DNA of 64,000 nucleotides from Candidatus Eiseniibacteriota bacterium (GCA_963703225.1 OY969801.1:224001-288000); one strand, 5' to 3'. Shown: positions 28,576-40,778, numbered from the stretch's first letter. The notes: generated from the sequence alone by a model not told the origin. A program made the numbers and translations.

Positions 28576-31540
28576 CGCAGCAAGACCGCCTTCTCCACCC
28601 GCACCCCGCTCGCCGCGCGAAGCTCGAAGAAGTAGAGGCCCGCTCCAACGGGTCTGCCCCGTCCGTCGGTCCCGTCCCATGAGAGCGGCAGGATTCCCTG
28701 GCGACCGCGCGAGTCGGCGAGGGTGCGGACCAAGCGACCCGTCGGCGCGATAGACGCGTACCACATAGGGACCATCCTGGTCCAGGGAGACCGAGAAAGA
28801 CGCGTTCGGTGAGAACGGATTGGGCCTGATTCGGCTGATCGCCAGGACGCGTGGCGGCGAGCCGTTGTCGACACCCGAAGGCACCGCGACCAGAATCGGC
28901 CCGGCGGTCGCTTCGGGCTCGCCGGGGCGCGAGGCGGTGATCCAGTAGCGATAGGAGAGCCCGGACACGACACGCCGGTGTCCTCGTATTCGCCCGAGCG
29001 GTCGTCCCAGGGGAGCGTCGCGATGCGCTGCCGCGGGGCAGCCGTGGCCGCGCGGTCGATCCCGACCGTGGCACCCACGGCGTCGGCCAATCCCCAGGCA
29101 ATGCGGACCGCCGCGCGCCCCGGGATCGCCGCCGCCTCGAAGCGGGTCACCGCGACACCGGTGGTCGTGCACTGGTCGTCGCCCGTCACGGTTACGTCGT
29201 CGATCCACCAGCCGAGGCCGTCGCTGGTGATCGGAGGCGAGGACCGAAACCGGAACCCCACCTGGACGATTCCTGAATACCCGGTGAGCGGAACTTTGAT
29301 CTCCTCGAACGTCAGCTTTTGCCCGGTAAAACGGTCTCCGTTCGTGTAGCCCGCCCACCGGAGTCAGCAGCGTCCAGGTCTCGGCCCCGTCGGTGGAAAT
29401 CTCGACCGTGAGACCGTCGTTTGCGACTTCGCTGTCGTACCGCTGCCAGAAGGCGAGAGTGTCCGCGATCCCGCTCAATCGGACCGGCTGGCTCACGAGC
29501 CGCGCGTCCTGGGAGGGCGCGTAGGTGCCGATCACGCCCACGGGACCCATCCTCCACGCCCACGAGCCCGGCGGGTGGCTGATGCCCGATTCTCGGTGCC
29601 ACTCGTTGATCCCGTCGCAGCCCTCCCCCGTGGAGATCCAGTGGCGCACCGTCGTCTCGAAATTGTCGCAGATGCCGGTCTTCGTCCCCACGAGCACCTG
29701 CACGCTGTCGAAGTCGACGAGTCCAGCGGCCGCTTCGAGGTCCGTGGTGATCGTCACGCCCAGCGGGTCGGTCGCGGGGAGGATCGTCGCCTCCACCACC
29801 GAGCCCGAGTCGACTCCGCCCGGTGGGATCGATGAGTACGAGATCGAGTCCGGGTCGAGGGTCATGAAAGAGCCCGTGGCGAGCCTCGCCGTGAGCGGGC
29901 CGGTTGGTCCCGACGCGAAGTTGTGGAGTGGGATCCGAATCCGGACCGTTTCACCGGGCTCGACCAGCCCGTTCCCGTTGTTGGGGAAACCGTTGAACGG
30001 TGCGTCGTCGACGACGAGTGCCTTCCGACGGACCGTCACGCCGTTCACGAAGCAGATCGGCGGTGACGTTGGTGCCGAGCTCGGCGATGTTCCGAACCGC
30101 GACCTGGCTCGGCGCGTCGTTGCAATAGCTGGCGCTGGGGGGGCACGACCCGTCGAAGGAGGTCGCGTTCCGCGCGCCGGGCCAGGGATCGAACTTGTCG
30201 CCTCGATTTCCCGTGACGCTGATCGTCTGTCCGCAGGCGAGCTGGGATGCCACCGCCCCCCGATGGATGTCGAGGTTCTGCGCCCCCTGACGGCCGAGCA
30301 GGAACTCGGGCCCTCCCGCCTCCATCACGTCGAGCAGTTTGTGGGCGGCATTGTTGTTGTTCGGAATCGTGTCGTCGACGTGATAGATGACCAGTCCGTG
30401 GGCCGAGCCGTCGCCCGATTCGTTGGAAGACCGGACAAGCCCGACGTCCGTGTCGATCGGCTGGCGATTCTCCACCAGAAAGTACTCGCCCGCGTCCTCG
30501 CCGTTCGTCCAGAGCCGGAAGACCCGCCCCGATGTCTCCACCGGCGGGATGGTGACGCCGGCCGAATCGTGGAGCACCCAGGTCGGCGTGACCCACCCGA
30601 GCTGGATCTTGGACCACGCGGACATGTGCGCTGGGCTCGATCCGATCGGGTCGGTGATGAGGTGGTTGTAGACGCCGGTGGCCATCAGATCCCACTCTCC
30701 GACGCCTTCGGACGAGGCGGGGCCGCTGCTCAGGTCGTATAGGTCCGGGAGCCCGAGGACGTGGCCGAATTCATGGCAGAAGACGCCTCTCGAGATGAGG
30801 TCGCCGGCATTCTCGTAGCCGTTGGACATAGCCCATTCTTCCGGCTCCGTCGTGTAGGCGAACGCGCGTATTCCGTCGTTGGTTTGCAGCGAGAGATTGA
30901 ACTTGTGGGACCACATGTCGTTGAGGTTGTCGGTCTCCTCGGCACCCGGCCCCGCGTGCACGATGAATAGTCCATCGATGACGTTATCCGGGGCGCCCAG
31001 CGGACCGTTCGCGTCGAACTGCGCGAAGTCAACGTCGGGGTCGGCGAGGTCGACCGCGTCGCGCATCATCCCCTGAGAATTTTGCGGAAATCCGCCAAAG
31101 CCCGACTGGTTGTCTGTGTAGTAACTGTACGGTTGGGGCGCGGTGTACCAGCGGGTCACCATTCCTTGCAAGTCGAACTGTCCCCGCGAGACCTGGTTGT
31201 AGTAATCGCGGACACTTCCGCCGGGGCGTGTGCCTTGGGAAAAGAGGAGGTCGTAGAAATCGGCGGGCGTGTGGTTCAGCGTGTCGGCGGGGTTGTCGGG
31301 GAATTGCAAGAGGATGACCACGCAATTGAATCTGCCGGAGACGCCCGCGGTCATCTTCTCGGCCGCGTCGACTCCAGGGGCGCGAAGCTGCGGCAGGCGG
31401 GCAAGAGCCCCCGTGGACGACCGGCCCCTGCCGCCGCGGGTTCCGCCTGGGTCGATCGGGGGCGCGGCAAGGGCCCGCGACTCTCCCCAAAGCAGGCACA
31501 CCCCTACGACGAGCCCCAACAGGCGCACGAATGCCTCCAC
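28572..31540 (-). CDS. M6 (immune inhibitor A-like) metalloprotease with FlgD-Ig C-terminal domain; about four frameshifts (~30052, 29350, 28972, 28740)
   Basis: Signal peptide, YYNQVSRG, HEFGHVLGLPDLYD, WDLM, EYFLVENRQ; the C-terminal WDGTDGRGRPVGAGLYF...VEKAVLLR is reached by switching frames. Confidence 0.85.
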
Positions 31541-31564
31541 CGGCCGACTAGGTTGTGGGGTCGC

Positions 31565-33016
31565 TTAGAGTTGTGCGGGAGCGGGCTTCGCGCGCCCGAA
31601 GCCGGCGCGCTCCTGCTTCCCCCAGCCACCACGCCCTAAGATGATATCCACCAAGGCGCCAAGGCGGAAGAAGAGAGTGAGGATTCGGTAGGAGAAGTTT
31701 TCGAGGACGCCGATTCCGACCATCTGGGCAAAGTCGCCCCAGGAGCGGTAGAGGCCGAACGAGAGCTCCTCGAGGAAGACGGCGGAGATCGATAGAAATG
31801 CACCGGACGTCACCGCCAGGAAGAGGAACGCCCAGAAATAGATGGGCGAGAGAAATCCCATGAAATAGGCGATCGGGATGATGATGTAGCCCACCAGCTC
31901 GACGATCGGCCCCATGAACTCGAAGAAGAAGTAGTAGGGAAGCCCAATCCAACGAAGCGAGCCCGAGTGCTTTCCCCAGAGAAGCGACCGGTGTAGCCAA
32001 AGGGAGTGGATGAGACCGCGGTGCCACCGGCCCCGCTGCCGCGCCAAGGCCCCGACCGACTCCGGCACCTCGGTCCAGCAGATCGGATCGGGAAGGAAGA
32101 CGACCGAGTAAGGGCGCCGCTGCTCGCGCATCTGACGATGGAGCCGGATGACCAGCTCCATGTCCTCGGTCACCACGCCGGCGCGGTAGCCGCCCGCCTC
32201 GACCACGACGTCCTTCCGGAAGAGGCTGAAGACGCCGGAGAGGATGAGCAGGTTGTTCATGGCCGAGAGGCCGAGCCGGCTCGCGACGAAGGCGCGGAGG
32301 TACTCGACCACCTGGAACGCGGCGAGAATGCTCGACGGTAGCCGCGGCTCCACGATCCGTCCGCGCTCGATCCTGCACCCGTTCGCCACACGCACCTGGC
32401 CCCCGACCGCGATCACCCGCTCCGGATCCTCCAGGAAGGGGCGCACCACTCGCAGGAGCGCGTTTTCCTGGAAAAGCGAATCGGCGTCGATCGTGCAGAA
32501 GAGCGGGTAACGCGAGAGATTGAGTCCCGCGTTGAGCGCCTCGCTCTTACCCGCGTGCTCCTTGTCGATGACGAGGAGGTTGGGCGACGTGGTCGAGCGG
32601 TAGATGCCGCGGATGACGCCCGTCACCTCGAGGACCTTCCGAAAGACCACGTCCCTTCGCTCCAGGCGAAACTCCCGCCGGAGCTTGGCCAGTGTGTCAT
32701 CGGTCGAGCCGTCGTTGATGACAATCACTTCGTGCTGCGGATAGTCCAGGGAGAGCACCGAGCGGACCGAGTCGATGACCCCAGCCGCCTCGTTGTAGGC
32801 GGGCACCAGGACCGAAATCGGGAACGTGAAGTGTGATTTGGCGACCGCCTCGTAGTCCGCGTAGAAGTTCTGGGCCAGCCTCCGGCGCATGTCGAAGAAC
32901 GAGAGGATGAGGAGACCGAAGAGCACCAGCTGGAGCGCGCTGAAGTAGATCAGAATGACGAAGCTGGTCGCGTTGATCACGGACATCAGCCAGGGGGAAA
33001 GCGTCCATTCGTTCAC
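31565..33016 (-). CDS. Processive GT2 glycosyltransferase (PgaC/IcaA/NodC-like synthase)
   Basis: VPAYNE, NDGSTD, GKSEALN, DAD, TED and QRGRW motifs; N- and C-terminal TM helices. Confidence 0.93.
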   Translation of the reverse strand: MNEWTLSPWLMSVINATSFVILIYFSALQLVLFGLLILSFFDMRRRLAQNFYADYEAVAKSHFTFPISVLVPAYNEAAGVIDSVRSVLSLDYPQHEVIVINDGSTDDTLAKLRREFRLERRDVVFRKVLEVTGVIRGIYRSTTSPNLLVIDKEHAGKSEALNAGLNLSRYPLFCTIDADSLFQENALLRVVRPFLEDPERVIAVGGQVRVANGCRIERGRIVEPRLPSSILAAFQVVEYLRAFVASRLGLSAMNNLLILSGVFSLFRKDVVVEAGGYRAGVVTEDMELVIRLHRQMREQRRPYSVVFLPDPICWTEVPESVGALARQRGRWHRGLIHSLWLHRSLLWGKHSGSLRWIGLPYYFFFEFMGPIVELVGYIIIPIAYFMGFLSPIYFWAFLFLAVTSGAFLSISAVFLEELSFGLYRSWGDFAQMVGIGVLENFSYRILTLFFRLGALVDIILGRGGWGKQERAGFGRAKPAPAQL

Positions 33017-33017
33017 G

Positions 33018-34085
33018 CTAGGCTCCTTCCCGTCTCGGCACGATCGCCGTGACTCCCAGAGACATCAATGCGTCCACGGCGCAGTCGCGCGCGAAGCGGT
33101 CCTCGCTCTCCAGAGCGGTGAAGAGAACTGGCTTCGCGGGCTCTCCCAGCTTGACCAGGGCGTCCAGCGCGTTCTTCCGGACCCACCACGAGGAATCACG
33201 GAGCGCGTCGGCGAGCGAGGCCGCGAAGAAGGGATTGCCGAGCTTGCCCAACGCCTCCGCCGCGTGCGCGCGGACGTACCAGACCGAATCTTGGAGAAGG
33301 GGCCCGACGAGCTGCGCGGTTGCCGGGTCCGCCACGTTTCCGAGCGCCCTCGCCGACGCCGAGCGGACGTCGGGCTCCGGATCGTGGAGTGCGTCGCAGA
33401 GCGAGCGCGTGGCCCGTGGATCGGCAATCTCGCCGAGAATGCGGGCCGCCCAGAATCGCGCCATCGGCGTTCCGTCGCGCAGGGTCTTGATCAAGAGCGG
33501 CGCCGTTCGAGGACCCATCTCGATACAGATCGCGGCGATGCGTGCCGAGACCGCCTGGTCGTGCTTGCCGAGAAGCCCGACCAGGGCCTCTTCCGCCGCC
33601 TGGAGTTTCATCCGGCCCAACGAGCGCGCCGCCACGTTCCGCACATCCCCGTCCTTGTCCTCGAGCGCGTGCAGGAGGGTGGGCACCGATTGCGGAAGCT
33701 TCAGCTCTCCAAGAATCCGGAGCGCGTGCGCGCGGGTCCACTTGAACCGGCTCTTCGATTGGCGGGTCACACGAGTCACGGCGCCGCTCTCTTCGAGAGC
33801 GCGGAGCACGTCGAGCCGAAGCGGCAGCTCCAGCTGGCTGATCTCCTCAGCCGCCAGCTCAGACCACCGCCCCGACATGGAAGCGACGATGACCGGCATC
33901 GCCTCGCGCTGGCCCTCGGGCGTGCGCAGCTTCAGAAAGCTCTTCCTCAACTCATCGAGGAAGCGCTTTTTGGAATCGGCTTCGCGGTTCGTGTAGATCT
34001 TGTTGCCGACCGCCGCGATCGTCGTCAGCGCCACGATCCCCAGGAGGAGACCGAGCGTGATCATGAGCGTCATGAAGTTGATCAT
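33018..34085 (-). CDS. Membrane-anchored HEAT-repeat protein
   Basis: N-terminal TM helix then repeated L.D....VR..AA.ALG units; ATG 34085 after GAGG. Confidence 0.9.
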   Translation of the reverse strand: MINFMTLMITLGLLLGIVALTTIAAVGNKIYTNREADSKKRFLDELRKSFLKLRTPEGQREAMPVIVASMSGRWSELAAEEISQLELPLRLDVLRALEESGAVTRVTRQSKSRFKWTRAHALRILGELKLPQSVPTLLHALEDKDGDVRNVAARSLGRMKLQAAEEALVGLLGKHDQAVSARIAAICIEMGPRTAPLLIKTLRDGTPMARFWAARILGEIADPRATRSLCDALHDPEPDVRSASARALGNVADPATAQLVGPLLQDSVWYVRAHAAEALGKLGNPFFAASLADALRDSSWWVRKNALDALVKLGEPAKPVLFTALESEDRFARDCAVDALMSLGVTAIVPRREGA

Positions 34086-34095
34086 TGGGCCATCC

Positions 34096-35683
34096 TCACC
34101 ACCGCACAGCTCCCGAGAGCCCGATGTACCAGGCCTCGTAGTTGTTGTTGTCGATCGAGTACGCGCCCTCGACCCCGACCGGGAATCGGTCACCCAGGAC
34201 TACGTTGAAATTTCCGTTCCAGGCGTGAACCCAGATGTCGTCGAAGTTCGATGAGCCGAGCCCGGAGAACTCGTATCGGAACGCGTAGTCGATCGCGGGG
34301 CGATCGACGTAACCGGCGAACGTGACCCCGGCCGCGCCGCGAACGCTGTTCAATGGAGTGAAGTAGTTCGGCGATTCGAAGTCCCAGTCGCGGTAGGTCA
34401 CACGGCCGTCGAACGTGATCGTGGGGACCCCTGTGCGGGCCTTGTAGGCTGCGCCGCCCGCCACGATCCAGTTCTTGTTGTCGTCGGAGTAGAGCCCGCG
34501 CGAGACCAGGGCATCGGTCGTGAATCGCCCGTTCCACTGGTAGGCCAGGCCCCCCTCGTAGTCGTCCACGTGCGCCGGGTCGAACGCGAGGAGGCCGGAC
34601 GATAGTGTGTCCTTGAGCGCCACGTAGCTCCGCGCGGCGCTCACGTGGGGCGTGATGCGCCGCGTGAACCGCCAGAGGCGCGCGTTCCACCCGAAGAAGT
34701 CATCGGCTCCGGTCAGCGGGTAAAGCGCGGCGTCGTTCCGCGATTCGAACGTCTGATATTCGACCCCAAAGGCCGCCTGCCAGGGGTACCCGCGCAGGAG
34801 CGAAACATCGGCTCTCGTGTCGACGCTGTTCAGGTCGTAGTTCGGGACGCCCCCCGCGGCCGGCGTTTCCGTCAGCTGAAGCCACGCCATCCGCGCGGAG
34901 ACGCCCACCGTACGGGCGATCGTCGCGCGACCAACGGCGTAGGGCCCCTCGGTGTCGATGGTGAAGTCAGGGCCCGCGACGTATTGTCGTTCCTTGGAAG
35001 CGGTCCATCCACCGCCGACCGATGGGGCGAGCGCCGCCCAGACCGAACCCCGCTCGTCTTCGACTTCCTCGGAGTCGGCATCGAATTTCTGGGCGCTGAT
35101 CAAGAAGCGATCGGACGCGGTGGGCGCCCCGCGCCATCGGACCACGGAGGCGCGGCCCAGCCACGCGTCGCCGAGGGACGGGTTCTTCGTCAAGATTTGG
35201 TCGTACTCCATCGACGCCCCCGCCAGGTCCCCGCTCCAGGCCAGGGCGTGGGCGTAGCCGACGCGCGCTTCCATGTCGTGAGGAATCGGCCTTGAGGGCG
35301 CGGCGATACTCTCTGATAGCTTCGTCGTGGCGTCCCGACCACGCCAGCACCCGGGCGTAGCCGGAGCGGATCGATGCGTCCTCGGGAGATTTCTCGAGCA
35401 GGTGGCTGTATTCCGCGAGCGATTCGTCGTAGCGACGCTGCCACGAGTAGACCCGCGCGAGGAGAAGCCGCGCCTCATCGTTGCCAGGGTTCTGCTTCAG
35501 CTCGGTCTGCAGAAGGGGAATCGCTTGATCGAAGCGCTTCTGGCTGACGCGCTCTCGTGCTTCTTCGAGGTATCTTGATTCGATTTGGCCGAACGAGATT
35601 CCGACGGCCGCGGCCGTGGATAGAAATGCGAGGAGTAGGACGGTGAGGAGCAGCCGAATGGTTCGGCTAACGATTCCCTCCAT
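34096..35683 (-). CDS. TPR plus outer-membrane beta-barrel protein (PgaA/YaiO/NfrA-like architecture); one frameshift ~35283
   Basis: Signal peptide, TPRs (ARLLLARVYSW, YARVLAWSG, YAHALAWSG), alternating beta-strand region ending in aromatic W. Confidence 0.75.
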
Positions 35684-38183
35684 CCCGATTGGATCGCTGA
35701 CCCTTTTCACGGGCTTCCATTCCCTCGAATGCTTGCCGAACTCGTCCGGCGGAACGCTTTGTGTGCTCTCTGGTTATCGGCGCGTTCCAGCCGTTCCATA
35801 GGTATACGGCGCTGTCGGGGGTGACAATTGTCGTCAGCTTATCGCCTTTGTTTACCAATAGTTTGCGTGGCTCCGCTCGGCCCCAGGAAACAGCGTCTGC
35901 CCGGGAGCCGCCGTCGTGGCGCCGGGCATCGTCGGTCCGGTGGAGTCGGCGACGAAGCCGGGTGCGCTCGTGGTCCATGCTAGGAGGCCAATTCCATCCG
36001 TTCTGCGTGGTCTCGGTCTCACGCGTTCCGTCCTTGTCGTCGACGATTGCAAGGGTGGAAGGATCGCCCACGTTCAATAGCCCCCATGGAATCGCGACCT
36101 CGACCGAGGTTCCGGCCTGGTTCATCTCCCACTCCGCGTGGGGGTCGTAGGCGCGGCTCGAGTCAGCGCCGAGCCACGCGGGAGCCGACGCCGGCTCGAC
36201 TCCGCGCGAGAGGCGACCCCAATCGAGGTACCGGGCCGGGTATCGAGTTCCGTCGCGCGCGATCCGTTCCCGATTCGTCTCGATCACGAGCGGCGCGTAG
36301 CGGCCGTCGTTGTTCGCGACCGGTCGGAACGGGCGACGTGTTCCACTCGAAGCCCTTCGGAGTGAGAAATCCCGCGTAGAGCGAGTAGTTCATCGAGCGG
36401 TCGATGAAGAGCTCCGCGCGGCCGCCTGGACGCCGGCCGCCTCGTGAACAGTCCGCCGCCGGTGTCGCCAGGCTGCGGCGGCTCGATGAGCAGGATGAAC
36501 TCCGCGCCCCGCGACCAGCGTCGCGGCGAAGCGGCGCCGGGAGGCGTGTGTCGCCGCGCTTGGGATCGAGTACGTCGAGGGAGACCCCGATCGCGCGAAT
36601 GCCGCCGCCTGGGGCGGGAGGAGATGCCCGTCCGCTCCGGTCCTGCGAGGTCTCCCCGGCGCCTCCCGGCCTTCGAATCCAAGCGGCGGGGGAAACGTCG
36701 ATCGCGAAGATAGAGGCGGCACTGGTCCGAGGTGACGTAGAGCGCCTTCAGCGGAGACGGCGCGTATCCCTCCGATGCCGCCGTCGCGCCTGCCTCAGCC
36801 GCCTTCGCGTACGGCAGCGACGCCCGCCCAATCGTCCATCACGCCGTCGATTCGAATCGCGGACGGAGGGTCGAACCCGATCAGCCCGTAATTCTCCTCG
36901 GGGTCGAGCAGGTTGTGCCAGATGGGATCGCGATCGGCCGGCGCTTCGGTCTTTCGAACCAGCCAGTTCACCTTGAACCATTCGTCGAAGAGGGCGAAAA
37001 GGAGCGACCCCGCACACCCCGCATCCTCGATGTCCTCCAGGAGCCGGACGTCCCGATCGCCCTGCTCGTCCTCGGAGGCACCGCCGTGGTTGATCCCCTG
37101 CGGCTGGAGGTGCGCGATGCCACGGCTTGACGGCACGCCGTACTCGCCCAAGAGAAGCGGAATCCCCCGCGTGTGGGCCTTCAGGTCCGCGAGGTAGCCC
37201 GCGTAGCTGCAGGCTCCGTGGCGGTCTCGATGGCTCGCGTAGCCCGGGTCGAGATTCATGAAATCGGGGTAGTAGGGATAGACGTGGTAGTTCGCGAAGT
37301 ATCCGAGAAAGCCCGATTTCAACCCGGTCGCGTGGATCGCGCGAATCCGCGTCGGATCGACCGCGTAGGCGTCCTCGTCGTGTTCCATCTCGCCGCCCCC
37401 CTGCTCGGCCTCGGTGGGATGCTTCATCGGGTCGAGGGTGGGCCAGTTCACGAACGAGACCGCGTGGGCGAGCCCGTAACGGCCGGCCTCGTGCGAGGCC
37501 GCGCGCTCGCACGCCCTGGCCAACCAGACCTCCATCGCCGTGCCGCCATCGACGGCGAAGTAGGTGCCGCGGAAGCTCGTCGAGTCGGGATGGTGCCGCT
37601 GGGTTTCGCGGACCGCGAACGGCTCCCATTCCCGTCCCAGAATCCAACCCGCGAGCCAGGAAGAGACATCCGCATCGTAGATGCCTGAAGCGTGTCCCGG
37701 TCGTTCCGGCAGCGTCGCGTTCCCGTGGACCGCGTCGATCGCGAGGCGGACCTCGTCCTTGAACCCCTGGTCGAACGCGGGGTCGAAGAAATCGTTCGAA
37801 TCGGGGAGCTCGGTCCAGACCTCCTGGAAGAGCCAGATCGGCGCCTCGGGATGGGCCACGTTCTCATCGCGAAGCGCCTGGTAGAACGCCGGCGGGTGGA
37901 GCGCATAGAGGCGGATCGCGTTCGCGTGCAGCTCCCGTGCGAACTGCAGCCACCGGCGGTAGTCAGCCTTCGAGATCGCGAACTCGCCGGGGAAATGGCC
38001 CGGAGGGCCCGCGCCGAGGTTGACGCCGCGGAAGAAGACGCTCCGGGCCCCGGAGCTGGTTACGATTTCGAAGCGGTCACCGCTGGCGCGGACGGCGGAT
38101 GGCGGAACCGCGGGCGCGCGCCCGGCGCCGAGCAGAAGCGCGCCCGCCGCCGAGAGCAGCAACGCTCTAAGGAAAGAGCGCAC
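35667..38183 (-). CDS. Secreted TIM-barrel glycoside hydrolase-like protein; several frameshifts in ~36000-36815
   Basis: GVNLG..PGHFPGE, NAIRLY, GREWEP, YHVYPYYPDF, LGEYG, DEWFK, EENYGL. C-terminal pieces (LKALYVTSD, GAEFILLI, EVAIPWGLLN.GDPS, YLWNGW) lie in shifted frames. Confidence 0.75.
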
Positions 38184-38862
38184 GCAGCGCCGCGGTGTGG
38201 TCTTCGAACGAGTCGAGGAGGACGTCCGGCGCCGCATCTCGAAGCTCATCGCGGCCCACCGCTCCGGTGGCCACGACCACGGCGCGGGCCCCGATCGCGC
38301 GGGCGCACGCCACATCCTTCGGCGTGTCGCCGATCACCGTCGTATCGCTGCCGGTGAGCGGCCGGCCCGCGAGGGTGCGGCCCTTCTCCAGGGCGATTTG
38401 CGCCAGAACCGGCCGGTCCTCATGATCGTCGCCGTACGCGCCAAAGCGAAAGTATCGTTCGAGGTCCCATCGCCTCAATTTGAGCTCGGCCCCCCGGAGG
38501 ACGTTCCCGGTCAGAAGCCCCACCAAGACATCGTCGAGCTTGTTCAGCCGCTCGAGGAGCTCCTTCACGCCCGGGAACAGCTGGGCGTCGTCGTGGAGAA
38601 GCATCTCCGACTGTAGGATCTCGACGTACCGCCGCAAACATTCGTCGCGGCGCTGGTGGATCGTCCGCTCGTCGATCCCGGCGAGGCGCATGATCGCGGT
38701 CACGCATTCCGGGTCGGTCATCCCCGCGAACTTGAAGGCGTTGATGGGGCCGGTCGTGTTGTAGGTCTCGCGGAGCGCGCGGGCGAACGCGATCTTGGAG
38801 GAGACGCCGTCGCGCAGCAGGGTTCCGTCGATGTCGAAGAGGATGAGGCGCAGAGGGCGCAC
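38167..38862 (-). CDS. HAD family hydrolase
   Basis: LFDIDGTL, LLTGN, IGDTPKD. Confidence 0.92.
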   Translation of the reverse strand: MRPLRLILFDIDGTLLRDGVSSKIAFARALRETYNTTGPINAFKFAGMTDPECVTAIMRLAGIDERTIHQRRDECLRRYVEILQSEMLLHDDAQLFPGVKELLERLNKLDDVLVGLLTGNVLRGAELKLRRWDLERYFRFGAYGDDHEDRPVLAQIALEKGRTLAGRPLTGSDTTVIGDTPKDVACARAIGARAVVVATGAVGRDELRDAAPDVLLDSFEDHTAALRALFP

Positions 38863-38882
38863 CCGAGGGGGAGCGGACGTAT

Positions 38883-39605
38883 TCAGTTCGACTCGACCCG
38901 GATTGAATCGTTGACGCGCGACAGGACGACCGGGTTGGTGCTGACGTCAAACCCACGCTTGCCAGGGTCGGAGCGGAACCGCAGGCACTGCACCACAACC
39001 TTCCCGTCCGCGCTCTTCTCGATGTCGGCCATCGAGAAGGAGGACCGTTTGTCTTTCCCCGCGCTGCCCCCGACCAGATAACGCTCCGCTTGTTCCAGTT
39101 CCTGGGTCGCGCCGAGAGCCGCCGCCGCTTCGCGGACCCCATCCTGGCTCCAGGCGATCACGTTGGTGGCGTGGAGGGCGGTGCAGGCGTAGCCGTCGCC
39201 TTCGTGCGAGAAGATCAGCTCCTCGTCGCGGCTCTCCACCACCTGGCCGACCTCGTTCGAGAAGAGGAGGAAGACCGAGACGCTGAATCGGCCCGCGCCC
39301 TCGGATGCGATCGATTCGTCATGGAAATTGAAGGCGGCGAGCGACGACCCCTTCGGGCCGAAAACGGCCGCGTCGTCCAGCCGCTCCTTGGTCCGAAAGA
39401 GGAGGCGGGCCTCCGGCGCGCGATCGCGGTCGATGCTTCCGGCCTGGCGTGCCGCGAGGAGGCGCTCGACCGCGTTCACCTTGGCCCGGTCGACTTCCTG
39501 TTCCGGAGGGGGCGGCGTGCCGAGGTGGATCTCCGTGACGCCGGTATCAGCGATCGCGGGAGCGGCGGAGAGGAGAAGGATGCAGAGCAGCGATGCGAGT
39601 CTCAT
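38883..39605 (-). CDS. Hypothetical secreted protein
   Basis: ATG 39605 after GGAGG; signal peptide MRLASLLCILLLSAAPAIA. Confidence 0.75.
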   Translation of the reverse strand: MRLASLLCILLLSAAPAIADTGVTEIHLGTPPPPEQEVDRAKVNAVERLLAARQAGSIDRDRAPEARLLFRTKERLDDAAVFGPKGSSLAAFNFHDESIASEGAGRFSVSVFLLFSNEVGQVVESRDEELIFSHEGDGYACTALHATNVIAWSQDGVREAAAALGATQELEQAERYLVGGSAGKDKRSSFSMADIEKSADGKVVVQCLRFRSDPGKRGFDVSTNPVVLSRVNDSIRVESN

Positions 39606-39641
39606 GGCGCCTCCAACGGATACCACGGCGAGCGAGCGGGG

Positions 39642-40778
39642 TCAACGAGGGGCAGGGGACGATCCCACCACCACGATGGGGGTCTTGGGCCGGGGCCGCG
39701 GAGCAGCCACGTCCGGTCCGGGGACCACCCCCGCCTCGAACAGCTTGGGATTGGTCGAGCGGGCGAGCGCCGCGGCGCGCGTGATCTTCCCCGTTGTGAC
39801 CAACTCTTTAAGCGATTGGTCGAGGGTCGTCATGCCGTAGGCGCCTCCCACTTGGATCACGCTCTGGATCTGGGACGTCTTGTCCTCGCGAATCAGGTTC
39901 CGAAGCGCGTGGACCCCGATCAGGATCTCGAACGCCGCCACCCGGCTCTTCTTATCGACGGTGGGGATCAAGGTCTGCGCCACGATCCCCTCGAGCGATT
40001 CACTCAGCATCGTGCGCACCTGGGATTGCTGCTCGGGCGGAAAGACGTCGATAAGCCTATCGATGGTCTTGGAGGCCGAATTCGTGTGGAGCGTGCCCAA
40101 AACCAGGTGACCGGTCTCGGCCGCGGTGATCGCGAGGGAGGTCGTCTCCAGGTCGCGAAGCTCGCCCACCAGCATGATGTCCGGATCCTCGCGGAGCGCG
40201 CTCCGGAGCGCGTTGGCGAAGCTGCCGGTGTGGGCGCCCACCTCGCGCTGGTTGACGAGGCATTTCTTCCGATCGTGCACGAACTCGATCGGATCTTCGA
40301 TCGTGATGATGTGTTTCTGGCAGTTCTCGTTGATGAAATCGATCATCGCCGCCAGGGTCGAGGATTTCCCGCTTCCCGTGGGCCCAGTGACCAGCACCAG
40401 ACCCCGATCTTTAAGCGCGAGGTCCTTGAGCACCTTCGGCGTGCCGAGCTCATCGAGCGTGGGGATCGTGTTGGCGATGATGCGGAATACCGCCGCGACG
40501 CCCCGGCGCTGCTCGAAGTAGTTCGCACGGAAGCGCGAGAGGCCCTCAATCTCGAGCGCGAAGTCGAGCTCCTGCCGAGCCGCGAACTGGGCGCGCTGCT
40601 CCTCGTTCAGGAGCTCCAGAAGGGCTTCGCGCGCCTCCTCGGGCGTGAGCGGGGCCGCTTGGAATGACACCATGTCGCCGCGGAGGCGGGCCATGGGAGG
40701 CATGCCGGTCGAGAAGTGGAGGTCGGAGGCTCCAGCCTCCACGATCGCCTTGAGGAGTGCTTTGATCTGGAATGCCAT
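39642..40778 (-). CDS. pilT: Type IV pilus retraction ATPase PilT
   Basis: ASDLH, GPTGSGKSST, TIEDPIE, LREDPD, GELRD, AETGHL.LGTLHT, ALRNLIRE. Confidence 0.95.
   Translation of the reverse strand: MAFQIKALLKAIVEAGASDLHFSTGMPPMARLRGDMVSFQAAPLTPEEAREALLELLNEEQRAQFAARQELDFALEIEGLSRFRANYFEQRRGVAAVFRIIANTIPTLDELGTPKVLKDLALKDRGLVLVTGPTGSGKSSTLAAMIDFINENCQKHIITIEDPIEFVHDRKKCLVNQREVGAHTGSFANALRSALREDPDIMLVGELRDLETTSLAITAAETGHLVLGTLHTNSASKTIDRLIDVFPPEQQSQVRTMLSESLEGIVAQTLIPTVDKKSRVAAFEILIGVHALRNLIREDKTSQIQSVIQVGGAYGMTTLDQSLKELVTTGKITRAAALARSTNPKLFEAGVVPGPDVAAPRPRPKTPIVVVGSSPAPR

Noticed and set aside
28066..30048. 660-aa ORF suggesting a protease-domain/GNAT fusion
   Set aside because: It is a patchwork of frameshifted M6 protease segments running into a GNAT that has its own ATG at 28575
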